Positions 10,089-20,687 of a DNA stretch of 59,060 nt are shown here, piece by piece. The stretch comes from Candidatus Methylacidiphilaceae bacterium. Its GTDB lineage: Bacteria; Verrucomicrobiota; Verrucomicrobiia; Methylacidiphilales; Methylacidiphilaceae. The stretch is from positions 1 through 59,060 of the forward strand of contig JAQTUK010000001.1 of the NCBI GenBank assembly GCA_028710285.1. Reading direction: 5' to 3'. The notes beneath the pieces were generated by a model, which saw nothing but the letters and a program-made list of their open reading frames with translations, had not been told where the DNA came from and ran no database searches. Position numbers and translations under genes: made by a program. The first letter of the stretch is position 1. The number at the start of each line of letters is the position of its first letter.

Positions 10089-11738
10089 ATGGACAATCCC
10101 ACACGCTCCACACCTATCGCAACTGACTCAGCAAAGCGGACGTATAATAAGTGGGTGAACAATCCGGTGCTGGAGGATTACGCTCTACGCTACGCTCCCA
10201 AGAGCTTTCGCCGGTGGAGCGAATTTGCTGTAGCGAGTTCGGCGATCGGGGGAATCGCATACCTAGCCGATTTTGCCATCGGGGGATCGATCGCGGTCTC
10301 GTACGGCTTCACCAATGCTTTATGCGCTATCCTCGCAGCGGCCGTTGTCATTTTTTTAACGGGCCTCCCGATTTCCTACTATTCCGCTAAATACAACATA
10401 GACATGGATCTGCTGACCCGTGGAGCCGGATTTGGGTACCTAGGGTCGACGCTCACCTCGCTCATTTATGCTTCCTTCACCTTCATCTACTTTTCCCTAG
10501 AAGGATCGGTAATGGCCCAAGCGCTCACGCTCTTCTTCCGCATGCCGTTAGCTGTCGCATACTTGATCTGCGCATTACTCGTCATACCGATGGTCATCTA
10601 TGGAATGACATTCATCACCAAATTGCAAATCTGGACACAGCCGATATGGCTCGCCTTGATGGGCTTGCCGTTCGTCGTGATCTTCGCAAAAGATCCCGAC
10701 ACCTTCTCGAGATGGGTCTCCTTCGCCGGAAACTCGCCGTACGGTTCGCAATTCCACTTTATCTCCTTTGGGTTGGCCTCGGGAGTCGTTCTATCCTTGA
10801 TCGCCCAGATTGGTGAGCAGGTAGACTACCTGCGCTTTATGCCGGACAAGACCCGTGCCACCAGAAACAGATGGTGGCTCGCTGTCCTGCTGGCGGGACC
10901 TGGCTGGGTCATCCTCGGCGCCATCAAGCAGCTGGGTGGAACCTGTCTTGCCTCTTACATCGCACCAAAAGTAGGCTTACACAAAGCGGACGAGCCAATC
11001 CTGATGTTTAATGAGGCTTTCAGTCAATTTATCCCCAGTACTTTTTGGGCATTGACGGTTGCTACGTTCTTCGTTGTCTTGTCCCAAATCAAGATTAACG
11101 TCACCAATGCCTATTCCGGATCGCTCTCCTGGTCCAACTTCTTTTCCCGAGTTTTTCATGCCCATCCAGGAAGAATCGTCTGGCTTTTTCTGAATGTAGG
11201 AATCGCTCTGGCTCTCATGGAGTGGGGCGTATTTGGTTTTCTGAATGCAGTTTTGGGATTCTATTCTAATGTGGCAGTTGCGTGGATTGGCGCCGTCGTG
11301 GCCGATCTCGTCATCAACAAGAATCTTCTGAAGCTCAGCCCTTCCTACGTGGAGTTTAAGCGAGCCCACTTATACAACTTCAACCCGGTCGGTTTCGGGT
11401 CGATGCTCATCGCATCTGCAGTTTCCATCGCCGCCTACTTCGGTGCTTTCGGGAAGACTGCGCAGGCATTCTCGCCTTTCCTCGCACTGGGCCTGGCATT
11501 CACGCTTTCCCCATTCATCGCCATCATCACTAGGGGGAAATTCTACATCGCGAGAGAGAACCCGTTTCTGGCAATGACGCCCGCAAGGACGACGGATACG
11601 GCGGCGCACTCGCGATGCGGGGTGTGCAGCCACGATTACGAGCATCCCGATCTCGCCCATTGCCCTTATCATTCCAACACCATTTGTTCGCTGTGCTGCA
11701 GCTTAGATAAGGACTGTCACGACGTGTGCAAGCGGTAA
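10089..11738 (+). CDS. Purine-cytosine permease/NCS1-like transporter with Cys-rich C-terminal domain; putative urea/amide transporter
   Basis: 12 or more hydrophobic helices; YNKWVNNPVLEDYALRY, IDMDLLTRGAGFGYLGS, QIGEQVDYLRFMP, QIKINVTNAYSGS; 8-Cys tail; upstream of urease. Confidence 0.75.
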   Translation: MDNPTRSTPIATDSAKRTYNKWVNNPVLEDYALRYAPKSFRRWSEFAVASSAIGGIAYLADFAIGGSIAVSYGFTNALCAILAAAVVIFLTGLPISYYSAKYNIDMDLLTRGAGFGYLGSTLTSLIYASFTFIYFSLEGSVMAQALTLFFRMPLAVAYLICALLVIPMVIYGMTFITKLQIWTQPIWLALMGLPFVVIFAKDPDTFSRWVSFAGNSPYGSQFHFISFGLASGVVLSLIAQIGEQVDYLRFMPDKTRATRNRWWLAVLLAGPGWVILGAIKQLGGTCLASYIAPKVGLHKADEPILMFNEAFSQFIPSTFWALTVATFFVVLSQIKINVTNAYSGSLSWSNFFSRVFHAHPGRIVWLFLNVGIALALMEWGVFGFLNAVLGFYSNVAVAWIGAVVADLVINKNLLKLSPSYVEFKRAHLYNFNPVGFGSMLIASAVSIAAYFGAFGKTAQAFSPFLALGLAFTLSPFIAIITRGKFYIARENPFLAMTPARTTDTAAHSRCGVCSHDYEHPDLAHCPYHSNTICSLCCSLDKDCHDVCKR

Positions 11739-12000
11739 GGCTTGTGGGCTGACCTGGAGTCTTCCTTCGGGGGCGCTGTGGCAGGGTCAGGAAGGCTGCC
11801 CCCGATGGCGCACAAGGAGGCGAACCAGCCAAGCTCGTGCAGTCGAGCCGGGGGGATGAGCCCCATCGTCGACTCACGCTGTCCGAGCCTGACTTCACCG
11901 CCCGCTCCAGTGTCGTTTCAAGGCACGGCCGCTCCCGTTCCCGACGCATTGTTCCAATGGAGTCCACCCACTGCCTACCGAAGCGGAGTTCGACAGGCCA

Positions 12001-12016
12001 TGGCACAGAAGTTGCT
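12001..12016 (+). promoter_or_regulatory. sigma54 promoter of the porin (possibly extending to urease)
   Basis: TGGCACAGAAGTTGCT, near-perfect TGGCAC-N5-TTGCW. Confidence 0.85.
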
Positions 12017-12075
12017 ATTCTTCGGGCATGTGGCACTCCTTGGAAATCGCCTACATAGACCAATGCCTTGCGAGG

Positions 12076-13677
12076 ATGAGGTGCGAGGACGCTGATTTGC
12101 CTGACCTCCCGCCTGTTTGGCTCGTGCTCTTGTTTCTCTTCTTCCGATTTGGAGCCGTCCAGGACGCGCATGCGCAGGGACAGCCTGAAGACTCAGGAAG
12201 CTTTGCCATCTCACCCAGTGAGACCACGCACGACTCCAGCTCTCGCCTTGCCAATCTGGAAAAGCGGCTCCAGTTGCTGGAGCAACACAACAGGGACCTG
12301 GAAAAAACAAATGCTCAGCTCCAGAGCCGCATCCAATCCCTGGAAGATGGGGACATTGTCGCGGTAGCGCCGAGTACAAAGGCTGCCGCCTCTAACGCTC
12401 CTGCCTTGAAAGGCAATTCCCCACTCTACCCGTCGAGCCTCTCCCTGGCGAGCGAGCCGCTTCCCCCTCTGCATGTGAAGGGCCGTGGTCCGTCCGTGTA
12501 TACAGCTCCCTCATCCACGTGGCAGCGCGAGTACGAACAAGCCCCATTGGAGGCTAAGATTCCGCAAGCCCACAAGATTCAAGTATCCGATACTACGTGG
12601 TTTGACGTTGGCATAGGCGTTCGCTCCAGCTACAGACACGAAGGTTTTGACAATTTGAACGGTGCCTACCTGGATAATACTCGTTTCTATTTCAACGGCC
12701 AAATTGCCCCGCACCTCCTGATCGAAGGAAACCTTGACTCACGTCAGGGACCATCGAGGACTCCGACTCCAGCGAATATCACGGATGTCCATCTTTTGGA
12801 TGGAATTGTCAAACTCGAGATCAACGATTACGTCAACGTGTGGGCGGGGCAACTCCTCTTGCCGATCGACCGCGACAATCTTGCGGGTTTTTTTTATCTC
12901 AACACGTTCGAGTTTCCCTTCGTCTGGGACTATCCCTCCGTTTATCAGGGAAGAGATTATGGGGCCGCTTATTGGGGCCAGCAGAAGATCGGCTCCGGCT
13001 TGCTGAAATGGCAGGCGGGAATCTTTTTTGACCGCTATCTGGGAACGGCAGCCCCAAACGAACCTGTCTTTGCGGGAAGGGTCATGTACGATTTTTGGGA
13101 CGCTGAGCCAGGTTATTATCTCGTAAATTCCTATTTTGGAGAGAAGAACATCCTGGCGATCGGCATTTCGGGGATGTTTCAGCAAGATGCCGTTTTGAAT
13201 GCTCCTTCTTCGGCATATTACGGAATGCCGCTAGCTGGATTCATGGGTGTATCCATGCTGACGCCGGAAACGGCTTCCTTTGGCAATGTCGAAGCGGATC
13301 TTCTGTTTGAAAGGAAATTCAAAGAGTTGGGAAATGGAACCATAACGTTTCAAGCCGAATACTTGGATTACATGTTCTCCAAAGATATTACGGTAAATCA
13401 ATTTGGCCTTAATGCTGGCCAAGCTTATGTAATGACGCTGCTCTATTTGTTTCCGGAGACAATCGGCATAGGCCAATTTCAACCCTACGTTCAGTGGCAG
13501 GAATTTGAGCAGCAATACACCCACCTATCCCTGGAGGAAATTCAGGCTGGCCTCAATTACGTGATCGCAAAGTTCAATGGACGAGTCTCCGCTTGGTACT
13601 CTCATGGCAACGGCGTGAGCATGGGAGTGGCCTACACCGATGCGGTTTTCGTTGGGTTGCAAGGGCAATGGTGGTAG
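12076..13677 (+). CDS. Outer-membrane porin (OprO/P- or FmdC-like) with N-terminal coiled coil
   Basis: Signal peptide ending DAHA; coiled coil LANLEKRLQLLEQ; aromatic-rich beta strands; C-terminal VGLQGQWW; start uncertain (12028 or 12076). Confidence 0.75.
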   Translation: MRCEDADLPDLPPVWLVLLFLFFRFGAVQDAHAQGQPEDSGSFAISPSETTHDSSSRLANLEKRLQLLEQHNRDLEKTNAQLQSRIQSLEDGDIVAVAPSTKAAASNAPALKGNSPLYPSSLSLASEPLPPLHVKGRGPSVYTAPSSTWQREYEQAPLEAKIPQAHKIQVSDTTWFDVGIGVRSSYRHEGFDNLNGAYLDNTRFYFNGQIAPHLLIEGNLDSRQGPSRTPTPANITDVHLLDGIVKLEINDYVNVWAGQLLLPIDRDNLAGFFYLNTFEFPFVWDYPSVYQGRDYGAAYWGQQKIGSGLLKWQAGIFFDRYLGTAAPNEPVFAGRVMYDFWDAEPGYYLVNSYFGEKNILAIGISGMFQQDAVLNAPSSAYYGMPLAGFMGVSMLTPETASFGNVEADLLFERKFKELGNGTITFQAEYLDYMFSKDITVNQFGLNAGQAYVMTLLYLFPETIGIGQFQPYVQWQEFEQQYTHLSLEEIQAGLNYVIAKFNGRVSAWYSHGNGVSMGVAYTDAVFVGLQGQWW

Positions 13678-14121
13678 CCTCCAGCGTTTACGGGACCAGC
13701 GGTGTGTGCCATGCTGTTTTCTCTCGGAGCACGCTCCGCCCCCTGGGGGACAAAACTGGAGATCCTTCTGGAGAGCGCGCCGTTCGGGAAAGGCGATGGA
13801 AGGCTTGCCGATCTTTCTGCCCGAGAACCGGACGACTGTACGGGTGCTTTTCACCATGATCCAGCGAGATCGAGGTGGCGCGACGAGTGGGTGGGGCAGC
13901 CAGGACACCTCCGCCTGGACAATGGCAGGTTACGGAGCTGAAGCTTATCGAAGATGGCAGCCTCAAACTGGTGCGGTTTGCGGTAACCCTGCCTGAGGCA
14001 TCTGACAGGTGAGCACTGATCCTTGTATGGACGAACGTGGTCCTCAGCCTCCGCGAGCAAACACTTCCGTGTTCAAAGAGTGACCCCGGGCGATGGTGAT
14101 AAAGAAACGGGGCAAAGCAAC

Positions 14122-14796
14122 ATGCATCTCACTCCGCGCGAGCAGGAAAAGCTCCTCGTCGTCGTAGCGGCAGACCTGGCCCGTCGAAGGCAGGCTCGCG
14201 GTCTGCAACTCAACTATCCGGAAGCGATCGCCATCTTGACCTACGAAATCTTGGAAGGGGCGAGGGACGGGAGATCGGTCGCGGAGCTCATGAGCTTTGG
14301 GACGACGATTCTGACAAAAGACGACGTTATGGACGGCGTATCGGAAATGATCGAAGAAGTCCAAGTGGAAGCGACTTTTCCCGATGGCACGAAACTCGTT
14401 ACGGTTCATCACCCGATTCGATCGGCCAAGAAAGCGCCGGAACAGGACGACCGGAGTGGGAGTAGGATGACCCCTGGAGAAATCCTCGCAAGTCAACCGG
14501 AAGCGCTGTTGCCAGCCAACCCTGCATGGATTGTTCGGAAGCTCATTGTTTCCAACACCGGGGATCGTCCGATCCAAGTCGGAAGTCACTTTCACTTTTT
14601 CGAAGTGAACGAAGCGCTCCAATTCGATCGTGGCGCTGCGCTTGGATTTCGGCTGCACATTCCTGCCGGGACAGCCGTCCGCTTCGAACCCGGGGACACG
14701 CGCGAAGTCGAGCTCGTGGCACTTGGCGGGGCCCGCAAGATCCACGGATTCAACAACAAAGTCAACGGACCACTGCCTGGGCTCGGCGAGCCATGA
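14122..14796 (+). CDS. ureAB: Fused urease gamma+beta subunit
   Basis: [28 protein letters not shown] in frame with [30 protein letters not shown]. Confidence 0.95.
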   Translation: MHLTPREQEKLLVVVAADLARRRQARGLQLNYPEAIAILTYEILEGARDGRSVAELMSFGTTILTKDDVMDGVSEMIEEVQVEATFPDGTKLVTVHHPIRSAKKAPEQDDRSGSRMTPGEILASQPEALLPANPAWIVRKLIVSNTGDRPIQVGSHFHFFEVNEALQFDRGAALGFRLHIPAGTAVRFEPGDTREVELVALGGARKIHGFNNKVNGPLPGLGEP

Positions 14797-14833
14797 TTAT
14801 GACATTGCTCTCGTTGGGGAACGGGGAAGCCTC

Positions 14834-16606
14834 ATGTCTTTTGCGCTGACTCGTCGTGCGTACGCCGAAATATTCGGCCCAACGGTCGGAGACCGCGTCC
14901 GCTTGGGAGACACCGAACTCTTTGTCGAGATCGAGCAGGATTGGATCGTGGGGTCCGGGGGTTATGGAAACGAAGTCAAGTTTGGAGGTGGGAAGGTGAT
15001 TCGAGATGGCATGGGCCAATCTCCATTAGCCTGCGACCACGAATCCCTTGACCTTGTCCTGACTAACGCTGTGATCCTCGATCCCGAGCTGGGGATCCTG
15101 AAAGCGGATATTGGCATAAAACGTGGAAGAATCGTCGGCATTGGGCACGCAGGGAACCCGAACATTCAAGACGGGATCGGCTCACGCCTGACGGATCCCA
15201 TTGCCGGGACCATGCGCCCCAACCCCATGATCATCGGAGCGGGCACGGAGGTCATCGGAGCCGAGGGTCTCCTTGTCACCCCGGGCGGCATTGATTCGCA
15301 TGTCCACTTCATCTGCGCGCAACAGATCGACGAGGCGCTCTCGAGCGGGATTACGACGCTGATCGGAGGAGGTACAGGACCTGCTACTGGAACCAGGGCA
15401 ACGACTTGTACTCCAGGTATTTGGAACATGGAACGGATGCTTCAGGCCGCGGATGCCTTTCCCGTCAACCTCGGATTCCTCGGAAAAGGCAACTGCTCCA
15501 GCCAGGCACCGTTGCGGGAGCAGGTGCTTGCCGGAGCAATGGGTCTCAAGCTTCATGAAGATTGGGGGTCTCATCCGGCCGCGATCGATACTTGCCTCTC
15601 TGTCGCCGAAGAGATGGATGTGCAGGTAGCCGTTCATACCGACACGCTCAACGAGTCTGGCTTCGTGGAAGAGACCATCCGCGCCTTCCGAGGAAGGACC
15701 ATCCACACCTATCATTCGGAAGGGGCGGGAGGCGGTCATGCACCGGACATTCTCAAGGTCTGCTCAGAGCCTTATGTCCTGCCTTCGTCGACCAACCCGA
15801 CATTGCCCTTTACCGTCAATACCATCGATGAGCATCTCGACATGCTCATGGTTTGCCATCATCTCGATTCGAAGGTTCCCGAAGATGTGGCTTTTGCTGA
15901 ATCTCGCATTCGCCCGCAGACCATGGCTGCCGAAGACCGGTTGCATGATATGGGAGCAATCGCGATGACTGCGAGTGATAGCCAAGCCATGGGGAGAGTT
16001 GGTGAAGTTATCTTGCGCACCTGGCAAACCGCCCACATGATGAAGTCGCAATTTGGTGCGCTCCCTTCTCCGGATCACGGGGCGGCAGACAACTTCCGGG
16101 TGCTGCGCTATCTGGCGAAGTATACGATTAACCCGGCGATCACCCACGGAATCCGCCATGAGGTCGGTTCTCTCCAAATCGGGAAATTGGCCGACCTGGT
16201 GATCTGGAAACCGGCTTTTTTTGGCGTCAAACCCGAATTGGTTCTCAAAGGCGGGATGATTGCCTGGGCCAACATGGGAGATCCGAATGCGTCGATACCG
16301 ACGCCGCAACCGACGCTGTACCGCCCGCAGTTTGCCGCTTGCGGAGCCGCCCGCTTCGAAACTTCGGTTACTTTTGTGAGCCGGCAGTCGTTGGAATCGG
16401 ATCGCTTAAGCAGGTTGCAACTGCAGAAGCGGCTTGTTGCGATCAGGGGCACCCGGCAACTGACGAAAAAGGACCTCATCTGGAATGAGGCGACTCCGAA
16501 AATTGAGGTGGATCCCGAAACCTACGTGGTAAGAGCGGATGGAGAGATCCTGGAATGCGTGCCGGCCCGAATGCTTCCCCTGGCCCAGCGGTATTTTCTT
16601 TTCTGA
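14834..16606 (+). CDS. ureC: Urease alpha subunit
   Basis: [58 protein letters not shown]. Confidence 0.98.
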   Translation: MSFALTRRAYAEIFGPTVGDRVRLGDTELFVEIEQDWIVGSGGYGNEVKFGGGKVIRDGMGQSPLACDHESLDLVLTNAVILDPELGILKADIGIKRGRIVGIGHAGNPNIQDGIGSRLTDPIAGTMRPNPMIIGAGTEVIGAEGLLVTPGGIDSHVHFICAQQIDEALSSGITTLIGGGTGPATGTRATTCTPGIWNMERMLQAADAFPVNLGFLGKGNCSSQAPLREQVLAGAMGLKLHEDWGSHPAAIDTCLSVAEEMDVQVAVHTDTLNESGFVEETIRAFRGRTIHTYHSEGAGGGHAPDILKVCSEPYVLPSSTNPTLPFTVNTIDEHLDMLMVCHHLDSKVPEDVAFAESRIRPQTMAAEDRLHDMGAIAMTASDSQAMGRVGEVILRTWQTAHMMKSQFGALPSPDHGAADNFRVLRYLAKYTINPAITHGIRHEVGSLQIGKLADLVIWKPAFFGVKPELVLKGGMIAWANMGDPNASIPTPQPTLYRPQFAACGAARFETSVTFVSRQSLESDRLSRLQLQKRLVAIRGTRQLTKKDLIWNEATPKIEVDPETYVVRADGEILECVPARMLPLAQRYFLF

Positions 16607-16643
16607 TCCAGCCCACGTATGGAGTCCTAGTCCGTTGCGACGT

Positions 16644-17084
16644 ATGAAAGTTGTGCAAACCCCACTTTCCGAGAGCGACGTTTCTCTGCCGATCGTATGG
16701 ATTTCGGTCGATCGCCGGACCTTGACGAAGAGGATTTGGCGCGCTCGGGCGGCAGATGACCGCGAATTTGCGTTTCACGTAAGGCAACCCCTGCAACATG
16801 GAGCCACCGTCCTCCAGGCCGAAGGGAAACGCTACGTACTCCGTCAGGAGCCGGAACCCGTTTTAGAGGTGGACCTTCCCACAGACCCTAGAGAGGCTGC
16901 ACGGGTCGGTTGGGCGATCGGCAACCTTCACCTTGGCTGCCAATTTGGGGCTTCGTGGATCCGAATACCGGAGAGCCCCGAAGTACGAACGTGTCTACAA
17001 AAACTCGGCTATTCTGGCCGATCCATAGTGGCGATTTTCCAGTCGGATTCTCCATCTACGCAAGCGCACACGCATGACGGATGA
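16644..17084 (+). CDS. ureE: Urease accessory protein UreE
   Basis: AARVGWAIGNLH motif; short His tail AHTH; position after ureC. Confidence 0.85.
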   Translation: MKVVQTPLSESDVSLPIVWISVDRRTLTKRIWRARAADDREFAFHVRQPLQHGATVLQAEGKRYVLRQEPEPVLEVDLPTDPREAARVGWAIGNLHLGCQFGASWIRIPESPEVRTCLQKLGYSGRSIVAIFQSDSPSTQAHTHDG

Positions 17085-17784
17085 CACCGACCAATCCTTT
17101 TCCTCCTGGTTGGGAGTCGTTCTACAGACCTCGGATTCGGCTTATCCCCTCGGAACGTTCAGCCATTCCTTTGGGCTGGAGGGCCTGTGGCAAATGGGCG
17201 AGGTTGACTCGGTCGCGGACCTGGAAGCTCAATTGCGCCGCACCTTTATTCCGATGGTCCTCCGTGTGGACGTTCCATTGTTGGTACGCGCAAGGAGAGC
17301 TGCGAAGGACCAAAGCTGGAGTTCCTTGCAGGAAATCGATCGACTCAGCGCCGCCCTGCGATGGTCAAGCGAACAGCGCGAGGCAGCAAGTCGGATGGGA
17401 GCTCGGCGGCTGAGATTGCTCAAGCGAGTCCTTCACCCCCCAGCGATCCAGGAGCATTTCGCGTTCCTCGCGGGCAGTTTACCCTACACCCAGGCTTGTG
17501 TTGTAGCCGGGGCCGAAGCGGCGCTGCTGGCGATCCCCGCCAAGGCTTCGGCGATCGCCTTCGGTTATCAAGCGATGGCCGGGATCGTCCTCGCAGCGGT
17601 AAAGCTCTTGCGGATCGGTCCGTTCGAGGGGCAGAAGCTTCTGCAGCAGTCCGTGGCGGAAATTCTCGCTGGGCTGGACCGAGTCCTGGACTTTCGCGAA
17701 GAAGAGATAGGATGGTTTGCTCCCTCGCTCGATATCGCATCCGCAAGACACGCGCGAGCGAACGAAAGGCAGTTTCTTACTTAG
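17074..17784 (+). CDS. ureF: Urease accessory protein UreF
   Basis: [20 protein letters not shown]; C-terminal DIASARH..RQFLT. Confidence 0.92.
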   Translation: MTDDTDQSFSSWLGVVLQTSDSAYPLGTFSHSFGLEGLWQMGEVDSVADLEAQLRRTFIPMVLRVDVPLLVRARRAAKDQSWSSLQEIDRLSAALRWSSEQREAASRMGARRLRLLKRVLHPPAIQEHFAFLAGSLPYTQACVVAGAEAALLAIPAKASAIAFGYQAMAGIVLAAVKLLRIGPFEGQKLLQQSVAEILAGLDRVLDFREEEIGWFAPSLDIASARHARANERQFLT

Positions 17785-17785
17785 A

Positions 17786-18397
17786 GTGAAACCGATTTGC
17801 CTAGGAGTCGGTGGTCCGGTCGGATCGGGGAAGACGATGCTCGTCCTTCGATTGTGCGAATGCCTGCGGGATCGCATCCGGATGGCCGTGGTGACTAACG
17901 ATATTTACACCCGAGAGGACGCTGAGTTCCTGGCCCGTCAAGGAGCCTTGCCCCCGGACAGAATCATTGGAGTAGAAACAGGTGGATGTCCGCACACGGC
18001 GATCCGGGATGACACGAGTGAAAACGAAGAGGCGATTGCCACACTGGAGCATCGTTTTAAAGATCTTCAACTCGTCTTGCTCGAAAGCGGGGGCGACAAC
18101 CTAGCGGCTACGTTTTCGCCGGAATTGGTCGATGCGTTTCTCTACGTGGTCGATGTGGCAGAAGGTGACAAAATTCCGCGCAAGGGGGGTCCGGCGATTC
18201 GCTTTAGCGACCTGCTGGTGATCAACAAAATCGATCTCGCCCCGTACGTCGGTGCGGACTTGGCAATTATGAACCGGGACGCAAAGAGGATGCGAGGAGA
18301 TCGGCCTTTCGTGTTTTGCGACCTAAAACGCGGCGTCGGGCTGGTCCAGATTCTCTCCTGGATCGAAGAGAATCTGCTTTTTGCTCTGAAGGAATGA
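17786..18397 (+). CDS. ureG: Urease accessory GTPase UreG
   Basis: GTG start; [27 protein letters not shown]. Confidence 0.97.
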   Translation: MKPICLGVGGPVGSGKTMLVLRLCECLRDRIRMAVVTNDIYTREDAEFLARQGALPPDRIIGVETGGCPHTAIRDDTSENEEAIATLEHRFKDLQLVLLESGGDNLAATFSPELVDAFLYVVDVAEGDKIPRKGGPAIRFSDLLVINKIDLAPYVGADLAIMNRDAKRMRGDRPFVFCDLKRGVGLVQILSWIEENLLFALKE

Positions 18398-19197
18398 ACC
18401 CTCTGTGCGGTCGCCTTCGCTTAGTCTGTGCCTGCGAGCGAGAAGACAGGAGCGTATTGCGCGAAAGCAGCGCGTCCGGAACCTTTCATGTGAGCAAGCC
18501 CTATTGGGACGGCAACGTCTTGCAGGTTCAGATTTCCAACCCGACTGCAGGCATTCTGGAAGGGGACCGCTTGGAGTGCTACGTCCGCGTCGAGGAAAAG
18601 GCGCGTCTGTTTCTTACCCCGACCAGTGCGATGCGGCTCCACTCGATGGACGCGCACACTGCTGAATCTCGAGGAACGTTTTTTGTCGAGAGTGACGGAT
18701 GGCTGGAAGTCTTCCCGGAACTCCTGATTCCCCAAGCAAAGGCCCGGTTCCGGCAGCGCAACGAAATCCGGATCGCTCCGGGAGGGGAGCTTTACTTCGC
18801 CGAAACGCTGGCACCCGGCCGTCTCGCGAAAGGAGAACTTTACGCCTTCCATGCACTCGACCTGCGCACCGACCTCATTTTCAATGGTGGCACCATTGCC
18901 TCGGATCGCTGCCGCCTTTGCCCGGATGCCCTTCCTCTTTCTCCTTGGCCCTCATGGTACTACGCGACCATCTGGATTGTTTCCGAAAAACTCAGGCAGC
19001 ATGCGAATATCTGGGAGCGGATCGAGGCCCTTAGCAGCAAGACGCTTCGTGTTGGATGCTCGGAGCTTCTCGAGACCGGATGGGGAATCAAGATGTTGGC
19101 TGCGGATAGCATGACCCTGCGCTCGGCTTTGCAGGAAATCCGGAGCCTGGTCGCAGAGACATTGCCGTGTCTTCGCCTGCAGCCTCGCAAATGGTGA
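18394..19197 (+). CDS. ureD: Urease accessory protein UreD
   Basis: [23 protein letters not shown]; ATGA overlap with ureG. Confidence 0.9.
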   Translation: MNPLCGRLRLVCACEREDRSVLRESSASGTFHVSKPYWDGNVLQVQISNPTAGILEGDRLECYVRVEEKARLFLTPTSAMRLHSMDAHTAESRGTFFVESDGWLEVFPELLIPQAKARFRQRNEIRIAPGGELYFAETLAPGRLAKGELYAFHALDLRTDLIFNGGTIASDRCRLCPDALPLSPWPSWYYATIWIVSEKLRQHANIWERIEALSSKTLRVGCSELLETGWGIKMLAADSMTLRSALQEIRSLVAETLPCLRLQPRKW

Positions 19198-19558
19198 AAG
19201 GACACGCATCCAGTTCCAAGGACGGAGCCCGCTTCCGCCGTCGGGTCTGCATGTGTGGATGGTGCAGGAAACGCACTCGGCTCGTGCGGATCAAACGCGC
19301 TCAACCAATGGAGCATGGAGTTTGGCGTGCATCCGGCCGTGATCCGCGGCTGAAAAGGGAAGCGCTCCTGGCCCGCCTGAGGTCTTTGCCAGCGGGCAGA
19401 GCGCGAACTCCTCGAGCGGATCGGGCAGTTGGCGGTGGAAACCCGCCGGCTTAAAAAAGCCCGGCCCTCGTGCTTGAGGGCCGTCGCGCCATGATTGACT
19501 GCCGGCCCGAACTGTCTGTGCGCGGCCCGTGCGACCTCCGATGCGCTGAAACGGAGGA

Positions 19559-19575
19559 TTGGCATACCAAATGCT
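19559..19575 (+). promoter_or_regulatory. sigma54 promoter of the truncated globin
   Basis: TTGGCATACCAAATGCT; GG-N10-GC. Confidence 0.8.
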
Positions 19576-19631
19576 GTTATCGCTTACACAACGTCTTGTA
19601 TACATTACTAACCATTTCAAATCTCTGCCCC

Positions 19632-20234
19632 ATGGATCACGACGGCCTAAACCCAAACGAAGATGCGATCTCTTTTCGGAACGACACGGGCCATTGCCGC
19701 TCCATCGAGCACGGAGCGTCCGCCGGATCGCCGCGGGAGAGGGAAGAACGCCATGTCTGCGGTTCCAAGGTGGATTTCGTTTATCCCGAAGTCCCTTTTC
19801 CTTCCGCGCGGGTGTTCGCCGCGACCGGGGAGGAGGCGCTTCGCCAACTCGTGGACCGGCATCATCAATACCTTCTGAAGAGCCCGATTCACTATCTGTT
19901 CCCCCCGGACAAGGAAGCCCTCGAAAAGCTGGTGAGGCGCTCGGCGGACTTCGTCGTCGAAATGTGCGGAGGCCCGCGCTACTACACCTCGACGAGGGGA
20001 GAGCCGCGGATGCGGTCGCGCCACTTCCCGACAACGATCGACGAGAGGGCGAGGGAAGTCTGGCTGATCTGCTACCGGGACGCCTTGAAAGAGACCGGGT
20101 TCCCCTTGCCGATCCTCGAAGAGTTCTGGAACTGGATCGAGCCGTTTTCCATCCGGATGATCAACCGCAGGACGACGTGGGACCCGCCGCGGCGAGTGCC
20201 GTTCGCTTCGATCCGGGATGCGTTCGTTCCCTGA
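19632..20234 (+). CDS. Group II-like truncated (2/2) hemoglobin with N-terminal extension
   Basis: CGGPRYY..GEPRMRSRHF (proximal His); DRHH at B9/B10; EVWL (Trp G8). Confidence 0.88.
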   Translation: MDHDGLNPNEDAISFRNDTGHCRSIEHGASAGSPREREERHVCGSKVDFVYPEVPFPSARVFAATGEEALRQLVDRHHQYLLKSPIHYLFPPDKEALEKLVRRSADFVVEMCGGPRYYTSTRGEPRMRSRHFPTTIDERAREVWLICYRDALKETGFPLPILEEFWNWIEPFSIRMINRRTTWDPPRRVPFASIRDAFVP

Positions 20235-20464
20235 CGAAGGTCGATCGCGAGAGATTCCAGGCTACGGTCCTCCCTCTGGAGACAGGAGCCGATCTTTTCC
20301 CCCGGCGTCAGGTCTTCCCGCTTCCTGCGTGTCGCTGCCGCTTGTTTGCTTGGTGCGTCGACGTTACGAAAGGCGCGGTTTGGATCCTGGGAGAGAAGTC
20401 TCGGCTGCTCCCGATGGTTGTGGCGGACGGCAGCACGAACCCAGTGCCCACTCCAGGATGAAAG

Positions 20465-20555
20465 TGGCGGAGCCGGAGGGATTCGAACCCTCGGTACCCT
20501 TTTGGGGTACAACGGTTTAGCAAACCGTCCCTTTCAGCCGCTCAGGCACAGCTCC
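20465..20555 (-). tRNA. tRNA-Ser(GCT)
   Basis: GGAGCTG..anticodon arm ACGGT-TTGCTAA-ACCGT; long variable arm; GGTTCGAATCC T-loop; encoded CCA. Confidence 0.97.
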
Positions 20556-20687
20556 GGGAGATTCCCTCACTTCTGCGCCCGCCTTGCGCCGTTGTCAAGG
20601 AGACAGAGAAGCGGGCTTCCCTCTTGACGGCCTTCTCCGGCCCTGCAAGCCTGTGCTGCGCCGCGGATGCGGCAGGAGAGAGCCCGA

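Noticed and set aside
13678-14121. Possible ncRNA, riboswitch or small gene between porin and ureAB
   Set aside because: No recognisable motif, correctly spaced sigma54 box or convincing ORF; an Rfam search would be needed
19431-19466. Small hairpins with an A-run after ureD
   Set aside because: Short stems and no proper U-tract on the + strand; too weak to call a terminator
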